Source of the DNA: Myxococcota bacterium
Lineage (GTDB): Bacteria; Myxococcota_A; UBA9160; PR03
Assembly (NCBI GenBank): GCA_041611735.1
Contig: JBFIML010000005.1
Span: 7,525 to 71,524, forward strand
DNA length: 64,000 nt
Reading direction: 5' to 3'
A program made the position numbers and the translations under genes. This document shows, in pieces, positions 24,614 through 33,755 of this stretch. Position 1 is the first letter of the stretch; each line of letters begins with the position of its first letter. The notes below the pieces were generated by a model that worked only from the letters and a program-made list of their open reading frames with translations, was not told the DNA's origin and did not search any database.

Positions 24614-26067
24614 ACCGCGACATCGCGAGCCTCGAGGGCGTGGAGCCCGGGGAGGCTCGCGTCCTCATGGTGGAGAGTCAGAGCAAGCTGCGCTCGAGGC
24701 GCTGGCACCACCAGCGCCTGCATTTGGTCGTTACCGCCATGCGTCGCTTCGCCGCCGAGCTCGAGGGGGCGGGCTTCGAGGTCGACTACCGGAAGGCGGC
24801 GACCCTGGAGAAGGGCCTCGCCTCCCACCGGCGCCGCTTCCGGTCGCCGAAGGTGCGCGCCATGGAGCCCAACGGCTTTGACCTGCGGCGGCGTCTCGAG
24901 GACCTCGACGTGGAGCTCGTGCGCTCGAATCTGTTCCTCTGCCACTACGAGGACTTCGCCGGGTGGGCCAAGGGTCAGAAGCGCCTGCGCATGGAGGACT
25001 TCTATCGCTGGCAGCGGACCCGCCTGGGCTACCTGATGGAGGACGGAAAGCCCGCCGGGGGCCGCTGGAACTTCGACGCCGACAATCGCGAGCCCCCGCC
25101 CCAGGGCGAGCCGCCCTGGAGCGCCCCGCCAAGGTCGAAGCTCGACGAGCTCGACGCTGCGGTCGTCGCGGCGCAACACCAGGATCTCATGGGCGAGGCG
25201 CCCAAGGGCCTCTGGGCCACCTCGCGGCGCTCGGCCCTCGCGCGCCTGCGGCGCTTCGTGAGCCAGGAGCTTCCCCGCTTCGGCCCCCACGAGGACGCGA
25301 TGACGCGGCGCTCCTGGCATCTCGCCCACTCGCTCCTCAGCCCCTATCTGAACCTCGGTCTACTTCGGCCCGGCGAGGTCTGCGACGCCGTCCAGGCCGC
25401 CTACGACGAGGGTCGCGTTCCCATCGCTTCGGCGGAGGGATTCGTGCGCCAGGTGATCGGCTGGCGCGAGTACGTGTGGGGTGTCTACTGGCTCTGGATG
25501 CCCGAATACCGCGAGGAGAACGCCCTGGGCGCGAAGCGCGGCCTGCCGCCCGCCTTCCAGGACTCGAGTCGGACCCGAATGCGCTGTGTGGCCGAGACCG
25601 TGCGCGGCATCGAGGAGCACGGCTACGCCCACCACATCCAGCGTCTCATGGTGCTGGGCAACTTGTCGCTCCTCGCCGGCATCGAGCCCATGCAGGTCGT
25701 GGACTGGATGTGGGCCTCCTTCGTCGATGGAGCCGAGTGGGTGATGCTCCCGAACGTGCTCTCCATGGCGCTCTACGCGGACGGCGGCCGCATGACGACG
25801 AAGCCCTACGCGTCCGGCGGGGCCTACATCTCCCGCATGAGCGACTACTGCGGGGCCTGTCCCTACGATCCCAAGCAGCGCGTGGGGGACGAGGCGTGCC
25901 CCTTCACCACGCTCTACTGGGACTTCCTCGCCCGCCACGAGAAGCGCCTCGCCGCGAACCCCCGGGTCGCTCGCCAGGTCCACGCCCTGAAGCGCCTGAG
26001 AGACCTGCCGGTGGTGCGCAAGCGAGCGCGAGAGATGCTCGAGCAGCTCGATCGAGGCGGGCTCTGA
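24562..26067 (+). CDS. Fe-S bacterial cryptochrome/photolyase family protein (PhrB/CryB-type, (6-4) photolyase-like)
   Basis: 501 aa. The family pattern runs throughout (WIFGDQLN, HHQRLHLVVTAMRRFA, GGRWNFDADNRE). The four-Cys set typical of the [4Fe-4S] site is present (MRCVAE...DYCGACPYDPKQRVGDEACPF). Confidence 0.8.
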   Translation: MARKLDLETVWIFGDQLNRDIASLEGVEPGEARVLMVESQSKLRSRRWHHQRLHLVVTAMRRFAAELEGAGFEVDYRKAATLEKGLASHRRRFRSPKVRAMEPNGFDLRRRLEDLDVELVRSNLFLCHYEDFAGWAKGQKRLRMEDFYRWQRTRLGYLMEDGKPAGGRWNFDADNREPPPQGEPPWSAPPRSKLDELDAAVVAAQHQDLMGEAPKGLWATSRRSALARLRRFVSQELPRFGPHEDAMTRRSWHLAHSLLSPYLNLGLLRPGEVCDAVQAAYDEGRVPIASAEGFVRQVIGWREYVWGVYWLWMPEYREENALGAKRGLPPAFQDSSRTRMRCVAETVRGIEEHGYAHHIQRLMVLGNLSLLAGIEPMQVVDWMWASFVDGAEWVMLPNVLSMALYADGGRMTTKPYASGGAYISRMSDYCGACPYDPKQRVGDEACPFTTLYWDFLARHEKRLAANPRVARQVHALKRLRDLPVVRKRAREMLEQLDRGGL

Positions 26068-26069
26068 GA

Positions 26070-26371
26070 GCCCCATCCCCAGGGCGCCTCGACGGCTGGT
26101 ACGCCTACCGCGCATCGAAAGCCGCCCAGAACATGTTCACGCGTACGCTCGCCGTCGAGCTCGCACGGCCGGCGCAGAGCGCGATCTGCGTGGCGCTGCA
26201 TCCGGGCACCGTCGACACGGATCTCTCGCGTCCCTTCCAGCGCAGCGTCGCGCCCGTACGACTGTTCGATCCCGACCGGCCGCGCGCCAGCTCCTGGCGG
26301 TGAACGACGGCCTGACGCTCGAGCAAAGCGGGAGCTTCCTGGCCTGGGACGGCGCGCCGATCCCCTGGTAG
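26070..26371 (+). pseudogene. Short-chain dehydrogenase remnant (C-terminal half only, plus a frameshift near 26285)
   Basis: YRASKAAQNMFTRTLAVELAR...CVALHPGTVDTDLSRPF carries the SDR YxxxK active-site region but has no Rossmann N-terminus. The tail QLLAVNDGLTLEQSGSFLAWDGAPIPW-stop lies in another frame. Confidence 0.6.
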
Positions 26372-26398
26372 GACGAAGGGACGGGTAGGTCCCCTGGG

Positions 26399-27631
26399 TC
26401 AGCGCGCTGACAGCAGGCGCACGCGGCTCAGGCGAACCCAGGAGGACGGCGACCTCAAAGCAGGCCAGGCCAGCTGACGCGCGGCCCGGTGAAGACGCCG
26501 TGCAGCGGCGGGGGCGGCGTCCCGCACGGACCGCCGGTCGATCTGCGCCATCACCAGCTCGAACACCCCCTCTTTTGCGGCCGACAGCGGTGGCCCTGCC
26601 AGGGCGAGCTGCCCGGCGACCAGAAAGCAGGAGAGGTCGCCGAAGGAGACCAGGGTGGGCTTGCCGGCGGGGCGGAAAGGCCGCAGCGAGCTCGGGTCGA
26701 GAAGCCGGCGGACGTTTCGGGCGGCGTGACGTCCCATGTCGAGCGCATGGTAGGCCTGCTTCTCGAGAGGCGAGGGGAGCTCCGCGGCGTCGCCCGCGAC
26801 GAAGACCTCCGGAGCGACCGCGCTCCTCAACGACGCTTCGACCGGCGCCCAGGCTCCCGGCTTCGGGGCGAGCCCGGAGGCGGCCAGCACGGGGGGCGCC
26901 GTGGGACCGCCCGTCCAGATCGTGGCCGCCGAGGGGAGGATCCGCCCCCCGGCAAGCGCCACGGCGCCGGCTTGGACCTTCGAGACGGCCGCGCCCGTGT
27001 GGAAGTGAACGTCGAAGCCTCGGCACAGGCGCCGCACGTGCCGATCCAGGCTCGGAGGCGCTTCCGGCAGCAGGCGAGCCCGAGCCTCGACGAGGTGGAT
27101 CCGGAATGCGCTGCTCTGGCGCCAGCGCCTCAGCATCTCTCCCAACGCCTCGACGCCCTCCAGGCCCCCTCCCACGATCACGACCTCGTGCGGCCCGTCC
27201 TCGGTAGCCAGCTCCTCGAGCCGTCGGCCGATCCGTGCGCATTCGTCCACGGACTTGAAGAGGAGGGCATGGGTCTCGACACCCGGGACGCCATGGGTGG
27301 CGTTCACGCCGCCGAGGGCCACGATGAGCGCGTCGTAGGGGAGCGGCCGGCGATCCTCGAGGTGGACGCGCCGCTCGGCGAGGTCGATGCCTTCGACTCC
27401 GGCCCGCACGAAGCGGTGACCGGCATCGCGCACGATGCGATCGCGGGGGAGCCGGAGCAGGCGAGGCGTCTTCACGCCCGACACGAGCTCGTGGATGTTC
27501 GGCAGGAACTCGAAGTGGCGGGTACGGTCGACGAGCGTGACACGCCATTCAGCGGGTAGCTCGGCCGCGGCGGCGAGACCGGCGAAGCCGCCGCCGAGGA
27601 CCACGACGCGGGGGGACGCGAGGCGTGTCAC
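26399..27631 (-). CDS. NDH-2-like FAD-dependent pyridine nucleotide-disulfide oxidoreductase
   Basis: VVVLGGGFAGLAAA and VVIVGGGLEGVE are the dinucleotide-binding motifs, and VFVAGDAA is also present. The GTG start at 27631 overlaps the upstream stop (GTGA). The long Arg-rich N-terminal extension in the track is rejected. Confidence 0.7.
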   Translation of the reverse strand: MTRLASPRVVVLGGGFAGLAAAAELPAEWRVTLVDRTRHFEFLPNIHELVSGVKTPRLLRLPRDRIVRDAGHRFVRAGVEGIDLAERRVHLEDRRPLPYDALIVALGGVNATHGVPGVETHALLFKSVDECARIGRRLEELATEDGPHEVVIVGGGLEGVEALGEMLRRWRQSSAFRIHLVEARARLLPEAPPSLDRHVRRLCRGFDVHFHTGAAVSKVQAGAVALAGGRILPSAATIWTGGPTAPPVLAASGLAPKPGAWAPVEASLRSAVAPEVFVAGDAAELPSPLEKQAYHALDMGRHAARNVRRLLDPSSLRPFRPAGKPTLVSFGDLSCFLVAGQLALAGPPLSAAKEGVFELVMAQIDRRSVRDAAPAAARRLHRAARQLAWPALRSPSSWVRLSRVRLLSAR

Positions 27632-28620
27632 TCCGTGTCCCCGAGCATTCGTGCGCCCAGCGCGAGCCCACTGGTCCACGCGCTCTCGACCCGATCGCCC
27701 CCGCACCAGTCCCCGCAGGCGCCCAGGCCCGCGGCTTCGGCGTAGAGGTGCGAAGCGGGGAGCGGACGCGTGACGCGGGCGAAGCGCCAGCGCTGACCCG
27801 CCAGGTGCTTCACGGCGGGAAGTGGACGACCCAGTGTAGCCCCGAGGGCGGAGACGAGATCGCGCGCGAAGCTCTCCGGCTCGGTCTCGAGATAGGTCGC
27901 GCTCCAGCCGGCAGCCGCGTGCAGCACCCAACGTTCGCCTCCGCCTCGCTGGGGCTTGGAAGAGTCGCGGGCCACCCAGGAGAGCGGGCTGGCCTCGACG
28001 AACGCTCCGTCGAAGGCTGCCTCGACGTCGGCCTCGAAGCCGACCATGGCTGCCAGGCATGGCGCCATCTCGGCCTCGGAGGCGCGCGCGGCGAGCTCGG
28101 GCACTGGCGCGAGGAGCGGCCAAGCCTGGGGCGCCGGCGTGGCGACCGCCACGGCCCCGAACGGCCCGTGGGACTGCCCGTCCGCGTCGCGGAGCGACCA
28201 GCGCCCCGCTTCGCCTTCGAGCGCCTGGATGCGGACGCCGCAGCGCACATCGAGCGTGCGCGCCAGGTGCCGCGCCAGACTGCTCATTCGCGGAATGGCG
28301 ACGAACCGCTTCGCGCTCGACGGACGCACGGCGACGCTCCCGCCGGCGAGATCCACGATGCGACCGGTCCACGGGGCGACGACGCTCTCCCCGACCCAGC
28401 CGTGGGCGGTCTTCGCGAACTCCGGATCCCGGGCGGTGAAGTACTGGGCGCCGTGGTCGAAAGCGCCGGCATCGCTGCGACGTGTGGAGATGCGACCGCC
28501 CGGCGCTCGCGCCTTCTCGAAGACTACGACCGCCGCGCCGGCCCGGGCCAGGGTGCTCGCACAGGCGAGTCCGGCGACGCCCGCGCCAACGATCGCGACG
28601 CTTCGCGCCGTGCTCGTCAC
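27628..28620 (-). CDS. NAD/FAD-dependent oxidoreductase (renalase-like, COG3380-type)
   Basis: VAIVGAGVAGLACASTLARAGAAVVVFEKARAPGGR is the N-terminal FAD motif. 330 aa. The GTG start overlaps the upstream stop. Confidence 0.65.
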   Translation of the reverse strand: MTSTARSVAIVGAGVAGLACASTLARAGAAVVVFEKARAPGGRISTRRSDAGAFDHGAQYFTARDPEFAKTAHGWVGESVVAPWTGRIVDLAGGSVAVRPSSAKRFVAIPRMSSLARHLARTLDVRCGVRIQALEGEAGRWSLRDADGQSHGPFGAVAVATPAPQAWPLLAPVPELAARASEAEMAPCLAAMVGFEADVEAAFDGAFVEASPLSWVARDSSKPQRGGGERWVLHAAAGWSATYLETEPESFARDLVSALGATLGRPLPAVKHLAGQRWRFARVTRPLPASHLYAEAAGLGACGDWCGGDRVESAWTSGLALGARMLGDTE

Positions 28621-29402
28621 AAGGGGTTGCCGCAGACGCGCTCGTAGGCCCCGCGCACGTCGTAGCTGCCGCCGAGGGCGCCCAGGTGATCGTAGAGGGC
28701 GGCCAGGTAGCAGCCGAGGGCCAGGAAGTTCGGGTGGAGCGACGCGCCGGCGTCGCGGCAGCGAACGAACACGTCGTGGAAGGACGTCTGGAAGCTCTTC
28801 GGGTCGAACTGCACCTCGCGTTGGTCGCCGTCGCCGAAGTGGTGCCGGAAGGAATCCCGCGCGGGCTCGAGTCTGAGGTCGGCGAGGGCCGCGTCGAAGA
28901 GCTCGTCGTCGCCGGAGTAGAAGCCGGCGTAGACCCGGCGTATCGCGTCGAGGAAGGACGCGTCCCAGCGGATCCAGTAGGGCCCTGGGTGCCAGACCAG
29001 GGTCTCACCGCCGCCCAGGAAGCGGTCGAGGCGCAGGTCGATCACGGCCGACTCGTGGGCCACGAGCTGCCCGAAGTAGATCTCCAGCACGCGCTGCCCG
29101 CGGGCTCGACGTCCGGAGTCGTCCAGGTCGCGGTGCGCATCGGGCTCGGCCGCCTCGCCCCCCGCGTAGAGCTCCACCGCCACGCCTCGTCGCTCGAGCG
29201 CGGCCTCGACCTCCTCGGCGAGGTCGCGAAAGCCGGACCGGTCGGAGGCGTTGCCGAGCAGCTCGCGCCCCTGACGCAGCAGCGCCCGGGCGGGCATCAC
29301 GTCGAAGAAGGAGGGCGACACGAAATCCGCGAGCTGCTTCCACTCCGCACCGCCCAGCGTGCGGCGGATCAGACCCTCGGCGCTGCGAGCCCAGCGGAAC
29401 AC
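28617..29402 (-). CDS. Hypothetical protein, first gene of a three-gene overlapping operon; family not recognised
   Basis: Ordinary protein composition (e.g. RVLEIYFGQLVAHESAVIDLRLDRFLGGGETLVWHPGPYWIRWDASFLDAIRRVYAGFYSGDDELF). A candidate GTG start at 29402 has GGAGGA upstream, and ATG alternatives lie further in. Confidence 0.5.
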   Translation of the reverse strand: MFRWARSAEGLIRRTLGGAEWKQLADFVSPSFFDVMPARALLRQGRELLGNASDRSGFRDLAEEVEAALERRGVAVELYAGGEAAEPDAHRDLDDSGRRARGQRVLEIYFGQLVAHESAVIDLRLDRFLGGGETLVWHPGPYWIRWDASFLDAIRRVYAGFYSGDDELFDAALADLRLEPARDSFRHHFGDGDQREVQFDPKSFQTSFHDVFVRCRDAGASLHPNFLALGCYLAALYDHLGALGGSYDVRGAYERVCGNPL

Positions 29403-29462
29403 ACCAACGAGGGTTCCTCCGGGTCGACCCCCCGTCAAGGTCTGGACAGCTATGTTCTTCTG

Positions 29463-30422
29463 GTGCCCAGGGAGCCGCAAGTCAGACGCGAGGCGGACCG
29501 TGTTGCCGCGGCCGTCGCCGGTCGCAGAGCCGAGCGCTGCTGCAAGTTCGAGCGCACGAGCCGCCTCGTGCTGGCTACACTCATCGGCGTCGCTTGCCTG
29601 GCGGCCTACGCGGACGACGTCGCCCGAGGTGACGCGGCGTGGGCCGGCCGCGCGGAGGGCGAGCGGGAAGGGCGCCCGATGCCCGGGCCCATCCGCGAGG
29701 CCGTGCGCGCTTACGAGAGCGCGCTCGCGGCGAGCCCCGAGAGCCTGGAAGCGCGCTGGAAGCTGCTTCGCGCGCTCCACTTCGAGGGAGAGTTCGCCGC
29801 GCAGGAAGCGGAGGACAAGCGCACGGTCTTCGGTCGAGCCCGGGAGGTCTCCGAAGAAGGGCTGGGCCTGCTGGCAGACCAGGTCGGCGCCGGCGTGCGG
29901 CTCGACGACCTGGAGACCGGGGACGTCGCGAGTCGCCTCGCGGCCTCGGGCTTGCCGCCGACCGGGGTGGCACGGCTCTACTTCTGGTCGGCGATCAACT
30001 GGGGAGCCTGGAGCCAGCAAGTCGGCCTGCTCCGGGCGGTCCGGCAGGGAGTGGCGAATCGGCTGTACCGGTACACGGAGATCGCGATCGCGCTCGAGCC
30101 CGACTACGACGAGGGAGGCGCCCTGCGTCTCCTGGGCCGGTTGCACGCCGAGCTGCCCCGGGTGCCCTTCGTATCGGGCTGGGTCGACCGGAGGCAGGCG
30201 CTTCCGCTGATCGAGCGAGCCCACGCCCTGGCCCCGAACAATCCCGGCAACCGCCTGCTCCTGGCCCTCACCCTCCTCGACCTCGCTCCCGAGCGGCGCG
30301 CCGAGGCGCTGGGGCTCCTGGAGCAGGTCCAGGAGCTGACGCCCCGTGCCTCCATGCGCGTCGAGGACCTCGCCATGCGCCGGGAGGCCCGGGAACGCCT
30401 CGCCACAGAGCGGGGCGGCTGA
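29463..30422 (+). CDS. Secreted helical-repeat (TPR-like, possibly TatT-like) protein
   Basis: The hydrophobic signal is LVLATLIGVACLAAYADD, followed by helical repeats (LEARWKLLRALHFEG..., YFWSAINWGAWSQQVG..., LLLALTLLDLAPERRAEALGLLEQV). The GTG start at 29463 is inferred because there is no in-frame ATG upstream of the signal peptide. Confidence 0.5.
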   Translation: MPREPQVRREADRVAAAVAGRRAERCCKFERTSRLVLATLIGVACLAAYADDVARGDAAWAGRAEGEREGRPMPGPIREAVRAYESALAASPESLEARWKLLRALHFEGEFAAQEAEDKRTVFGRAREVSEEGLGLLADQVGAGVRLDDLETGDVASRLAASGLPPTGVARLYFWSAINWGAWSQQVGLLRAVRQGVANRLYRYTEIAIALEPDYDEGGALRLLGRLHAELPRVPFVSGWVDRRQALPLIERAHALAPNNPGNRLLLALTLLDLAPERRAEALGLLEQVQELTPRASMRVEDLAMRREARERLATERGG

Positions 30423-30436
30423 GCTAGACCTATCCC

Positions 30437-31312
30437 ATGAAGAAGGCCACGGCCCAGGCCGTCCTCTCGATCCCGGTGATCCTGCTGGTCGCGGCCGCCG
30501 TGGGCTGGGCGGGGAGCCAGGGCGGGCAGCGGTTCGGGGCGGTGCCGGTCTTCGCGCTGTGCGGCGCCTTTTGCTTCGCCCTGAACTGGCTGGTCTTCGT
30601 TCCCTCCTACGCCGCCCACACGGAGCGTTACTTCGACCTCACCGGCAGCCTCACCTACCTCGGAGCCATCGCCTGCGGGGTCGCCCTGGGAAGCCGTGAT
30701 CCGCGCGCGCTGCTGCTGGCGGTGCTGGTCGGTGTCTGGGCGCTACGCCTCGGCAGCTTCCTGTTCCGGCGCATCCGCCGCGACGGCGTGGACCGTCGCT
30801 TCGACGCGCTCAAGGTCGACTTCACGCGCTTCCTTTTGACCTGGACGCTCCAGGGCCTGTGGGTCTTCCTCACCGTCTCGTGCGCGCTCGCCGCCATCAC
30901 GGCAGCGGTGCCGACGCCCCTGGGCCCGACGGCGGCGCTGGGAGCCGCCGTCTGGATCGTCGGCTTCGCGATCGAGGCCATCGCCGACCGCCAGAAGGCA
31001 GCCTTCCGGGGGGATCCGGCGAACCGCGACCGCTTCATCGCCACGGGTCTGTGGGCCTGGTCGCGCCATCCCAACTACTGCGGGGAGATCCTGCTCTGGA
31101 TCGGGGTGGCGCTGATCGCCGTCCCTGCGCTCTCGGGCTGGCAGCTAGTGACGCTGATCTCCCCGGTCTTCGTGTACGTCCTGCTGACCCGCATCAGCGG
31201 GATCCCGCTTCTCGAGTCGCGGTCCGATGCCAAGTGGGGCGACGACCCGGACTACCAGGCCTACAAGGCACGCACGCCCGTGCTGTGGCTCCGGCCCCCG
31301 GCCTCGAGTTGA
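30437..31312 (+). CDS. DUF1295 (steroid 5-alpha-reductase/ICMT-like) membrane protein
   Basis: Polytopic, with the family motif GLWAWSRHPNYCGEILLWIG. Confidence 0.75.
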   Translation: MKKATAQAVLSIPVILLVAAAVGWAGSQGGQRFGAVPVFALCGAFCFALNWLVFVPSYAAHTERYFDLTGSLTYLGAIACGVALGSRDPRALLLAVLVGVWALRLGSFLFRRIRRDGVDRRFDALKVDFTRFLLTWTLQGLWVFLTVSCALAAITAAVPTPLGPTAALGAAVWIVGFAIEAIADRQKAAFRGDPANRDRFIATGLWAWSRHPNYCGEILLWIGVALIAVPALSGWQLVTLISPVFVYVLLTRISGIPLLESRSDAKWGDDPDYQAYKARTPVLWLRPPASS

Positions 31313-32652
31313 GCCCGACGACCGTCCGCCATCCCCCTCTCCGGCTCGCCACCTATGCGCTTCCCTCCCTGGTCAGCTCCGTGGCCGCGCTGCCCCTGGC
31401 GCTCTTCGTCCCGGCGTTCTACGCCGACGACCTCGGCGTGCCGCTGGCGGCCGTCGGCATGGCGATCGCCGCCTCGCGCCTGCTCGACGTCGTCACGGAC
31501 CCGCTGATCGGCATCGCCAGCGATCGGCTGGCGCTCGGCTGGGGGCGGCGCAAGCCGTGGATGGTGCTCGGGACGCCGCTCTTCGCCGTGGCGCTGTGGC
31601 AGATCTTCGTGCCGGGCGAGACCGCGAGTGCGGGCAGCCTGCTCGGCTGGTCGGCGCTCCTCTACCTCGGCTTTACGCTGATCGACCTGCCCCACAAGGC
31701 CTGGGGCGCCGAGCTCTCCCCCGACTACGACGAGCGCTCCCGCATCACGAGCTGGCGAGAGGGCCTCTCGGCCGTCGGCCAGGTGGCGCTCCTCGCCGTC
31801 CTCGTGGCGTGGGCCGCCGGAGGAGTCAGCGACGCAGCCGAGCAGCTGCGGGGCATCGCGCTGGTGGTCGTGATCGCGCTGCCGCTGCTGGTGGCCGCGG
31901 CAGTGATGGGTGTTCCGGAGGGCCCACGAGAGGGCTTCGCCCACGAGCGCCGTGGCATCTTCGAAGGTCTTCGCCTGGTCGCCCGCAACCCGGCCTTCCG
32001 CCGCATGATCGGCTGCGTGGTCTTCTTCGTATCCGGGATCGCGATCCAGGGCACCCTGCATCGCCTCGTCCTCGCCGATGTGATGCACGACGAGGGGCGC
32101 TTCCCGCTGATGCTCCTAGTCGAGAATCTCGCCACCCTCGCCGCGGTGCCGGTCTGGCTGCGCACCTCGCTCGCAACGGGCAAGCACCGCGCGCTGGTGG
32201 CGGCCGCGCTGTGGCTCGCGGTCTTCAGCGTCCCCCTCGTCTTCCTGCGCGAGGGCGACACGGCGGCGTTGATCGTCCTCATCGCGATCCGGGGCTCGAG
32301 CTTCGCCTCGATCCTGTTCCTCGCGAACTCCATCGCTGCAGACGTGATCGACCTGGACACGCTCGCGTCGGGCGAGCAGCGCTCGGGCCTCTTCTTCGCA
32401 GTCTGGGGCATGACCACGAAGCTGTCCCTGGCCCTCGGCGTCCTGCTCGGGACGGCTCTGCCGGCAGCGTTCGGCTACGACCCGTCCGTGGAAGGCGCAG
32501 CGCCCGCCGTCCAGGCCCGACTGATGGCGTTCTATGGCGGGGTCCCCGCGCTGCTCATGACGATCGGGGCGCTCTTCCTGCGCGGCTTTCCGGTCACCCG
32601 CGAGCGTCACGCCGCCGTGCGGGCTGAGATCGCGAGACGCACGGGCTCCTAG
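31309..32652 (+). CDS. MFS transporter, glycoside-pentoside-hexuronide (MelB-like) type
   Basis: RLLDVVTDPLIGIASDRLALGWGRRKPWMVLG is the GPH signature, with 12 hydrophobic segments. The TTG start overlaps the upstream TGA (TTGA). Confidence 0.7.
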   Translation: MSPTTVRHPPLRLATYALPSLVSSVAALPLALFVPAFYADDLGVPLAAVGMAIAASRLLDVVTDPLIGIASDRLALGWGRRKPWMVLGTPLFAVALWQIFVPGETASAGSLLGWSALLYLGFTLIDLPHKAWGAELSPDYDERSRITSWREGLSAVGQVALLAVLVAWAAGGVSDAAEQLRGIALVVVIALPLLVAAAVMGVPEGPREGFAHERRGIFEGLRLVARNPAFRRMIGCVVFFVSGIAIQGTLHRLVLADVMHDEGRFPLMLLVENLATLAAVPVWLRTSLATGKHRALVAAALWLAVFSVPLVFLREGDTAALIVLIAIRGSSFASILFLANSIAADVIDLDTLASGEQRSGLFFAVWGMTTKLSLALGVLLGTALPAAFGYDPSVEGAAPAVQARLMAFYGGVPALLMTIGALFLRGFPVTRERHAAVRAEIARRTGS

Positions 32653-32741
32653 ACAAGCCGGTCGCCGTGTCTCGCTTCGAGCTTCGCGCGATAGTCGAGG
32701 TCTAGCGCTCGCGCCCCGCCCGGCGGCGCGAGCGGGCCGGC

Positions 32742-33149
32742 CTAGCGCGGATCCAGCCTGAGGAACTGTCTCGGCGCGAAGCCGGTGAAGACGTAGCCGA
32801 CCAGCGGAAACCCCGACTCGTCGAGAAGGCGTCTGCGTTCCTCCTCGCTGACAGGGATTGCGCGGTAGTCAGTGATCTCGCCCCTGCGGGTCACACTGAC
32901 ATCTGGATTCTTGAGCGCGCGGTGGTACCACGCGCGCGGCCAGTGGTTCGCAGAGACGTAGAGCCGACCGTCGTGGTCGAGGGGCGATAGGACCCGCTCG
33001 TAGGACTTCCCGTCCGTGCCGGTCGTGGTGATGACGATCGTCTCCACCCCGATGTTCTCCGGCTGAAACACGACTAACGCGGTTATGCAGCCGGTGTGAG
33101 CAGCCGCGAGAATGCAAAGGCTCAGGGTGGCAACGTATCGGAGGTGCAT
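32742..33149 (-). CDS. Small lipoprotein-like protein with weak DUF385/split-barrel (deazaflavin-dependent nitroreductase-like) resemblance
   Basis: The signal with Cys is LSLCILAAAHTGC. The DGRLYVSANHWPRAWYHRALKNPDVSVTRRGEI..AIPVSEEERRRL pattern is similar to DUF385 proteins. Confidence 0.4.
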   Translation of the reverse strand: MHLRYVATLSLCILAAAHTGCITALVVFQPENIGVETIVITTTGTDGKSYERVLSPLDHDGRLYVSANHWPRAWYHRALKNPDVSVTRRGEITDYRAIPVSEEERRRLLDESGFPLVGYVFTGFAPRQFLRLDPR

Positions 33150-33281
33150 GGTGCCTCTTGTGGTCCCGCCACAGTCTACCGCTCCGCCCCTGGGCGTTCT
33201 TCTATTGCGACGCGACCGTGGCTTGGCGAGCCGAGGCGAGGCCCAGCGCAGCGTTGGACGGGTGTCGGGATCGAGCTCGGT

Positions 33282-33473
33282 CTAGAAGCGCCTCTCGACG
33301 CCCAGGATGGGGGTGCGCTCGGGCTCGCTCTCCGCATCCTGTCCGGACGAGCGCCGGGCCGACCTGGCCGCTGCGTCGAAGCCGGCGAGCACCTGCCGGG
33401 TAAGCTGCTCCGTCCTCCCCGCCCGATAGGTCGCGGTTCCGGGGACGGCCATCGCCTTGCTGGGCTTCGGCAT
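33282..33473 (-). pseudogene. Outer-membrane beta-barrel / TonB-dependent-receptor-like C-terminal fragment
   Basis: Ends ...[24 protein letters not shown]...ILGVERRF-stop. The terminal aromatic residue after an alternating pattern is typical of OMP C-termini, and no upstream body is present. Confidence 0.4.
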
Positions 33474-33703
33474 GCGCTCCTGGCGCTATTCGATGCTCGT
33501 GAACGACGGCAAGATTGAGAAGATGTTCGTGGAGCCTCTGCGCATCATGGACATCATCGAGGCCAGCGGGACCGGCTTTGCCTTCCCCTCCCAGACGCTC
33601 TTTCTCGGCCGGGACGAGGCCCCGGCGAAGCAGCGCGCGGGGGAGATCGCCGACGAGGTCAGGGCCTGGCGCGAGCGCAACGAGCTCTACCTCCCGGTCT
33701 TCC
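33469..33703 (+). pseudogene. Two fused gene fragments: peroxiredoxin-5-type C-terminus, then MscS-family channel C-terminus
   Basis: [23 protein letters not shown] is the Prx5-type motif. It is followed directly by [28 protein letters not shown]...[15 protein letters not shown], the typical end of MscS-like proteins. Confidence 0.55.
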
Positions 33704-33755
33704 GGCGGCTCGGATCGCGGCGCTCGAGAACACGGTCCGGTTCCCTCCTCAGGGA

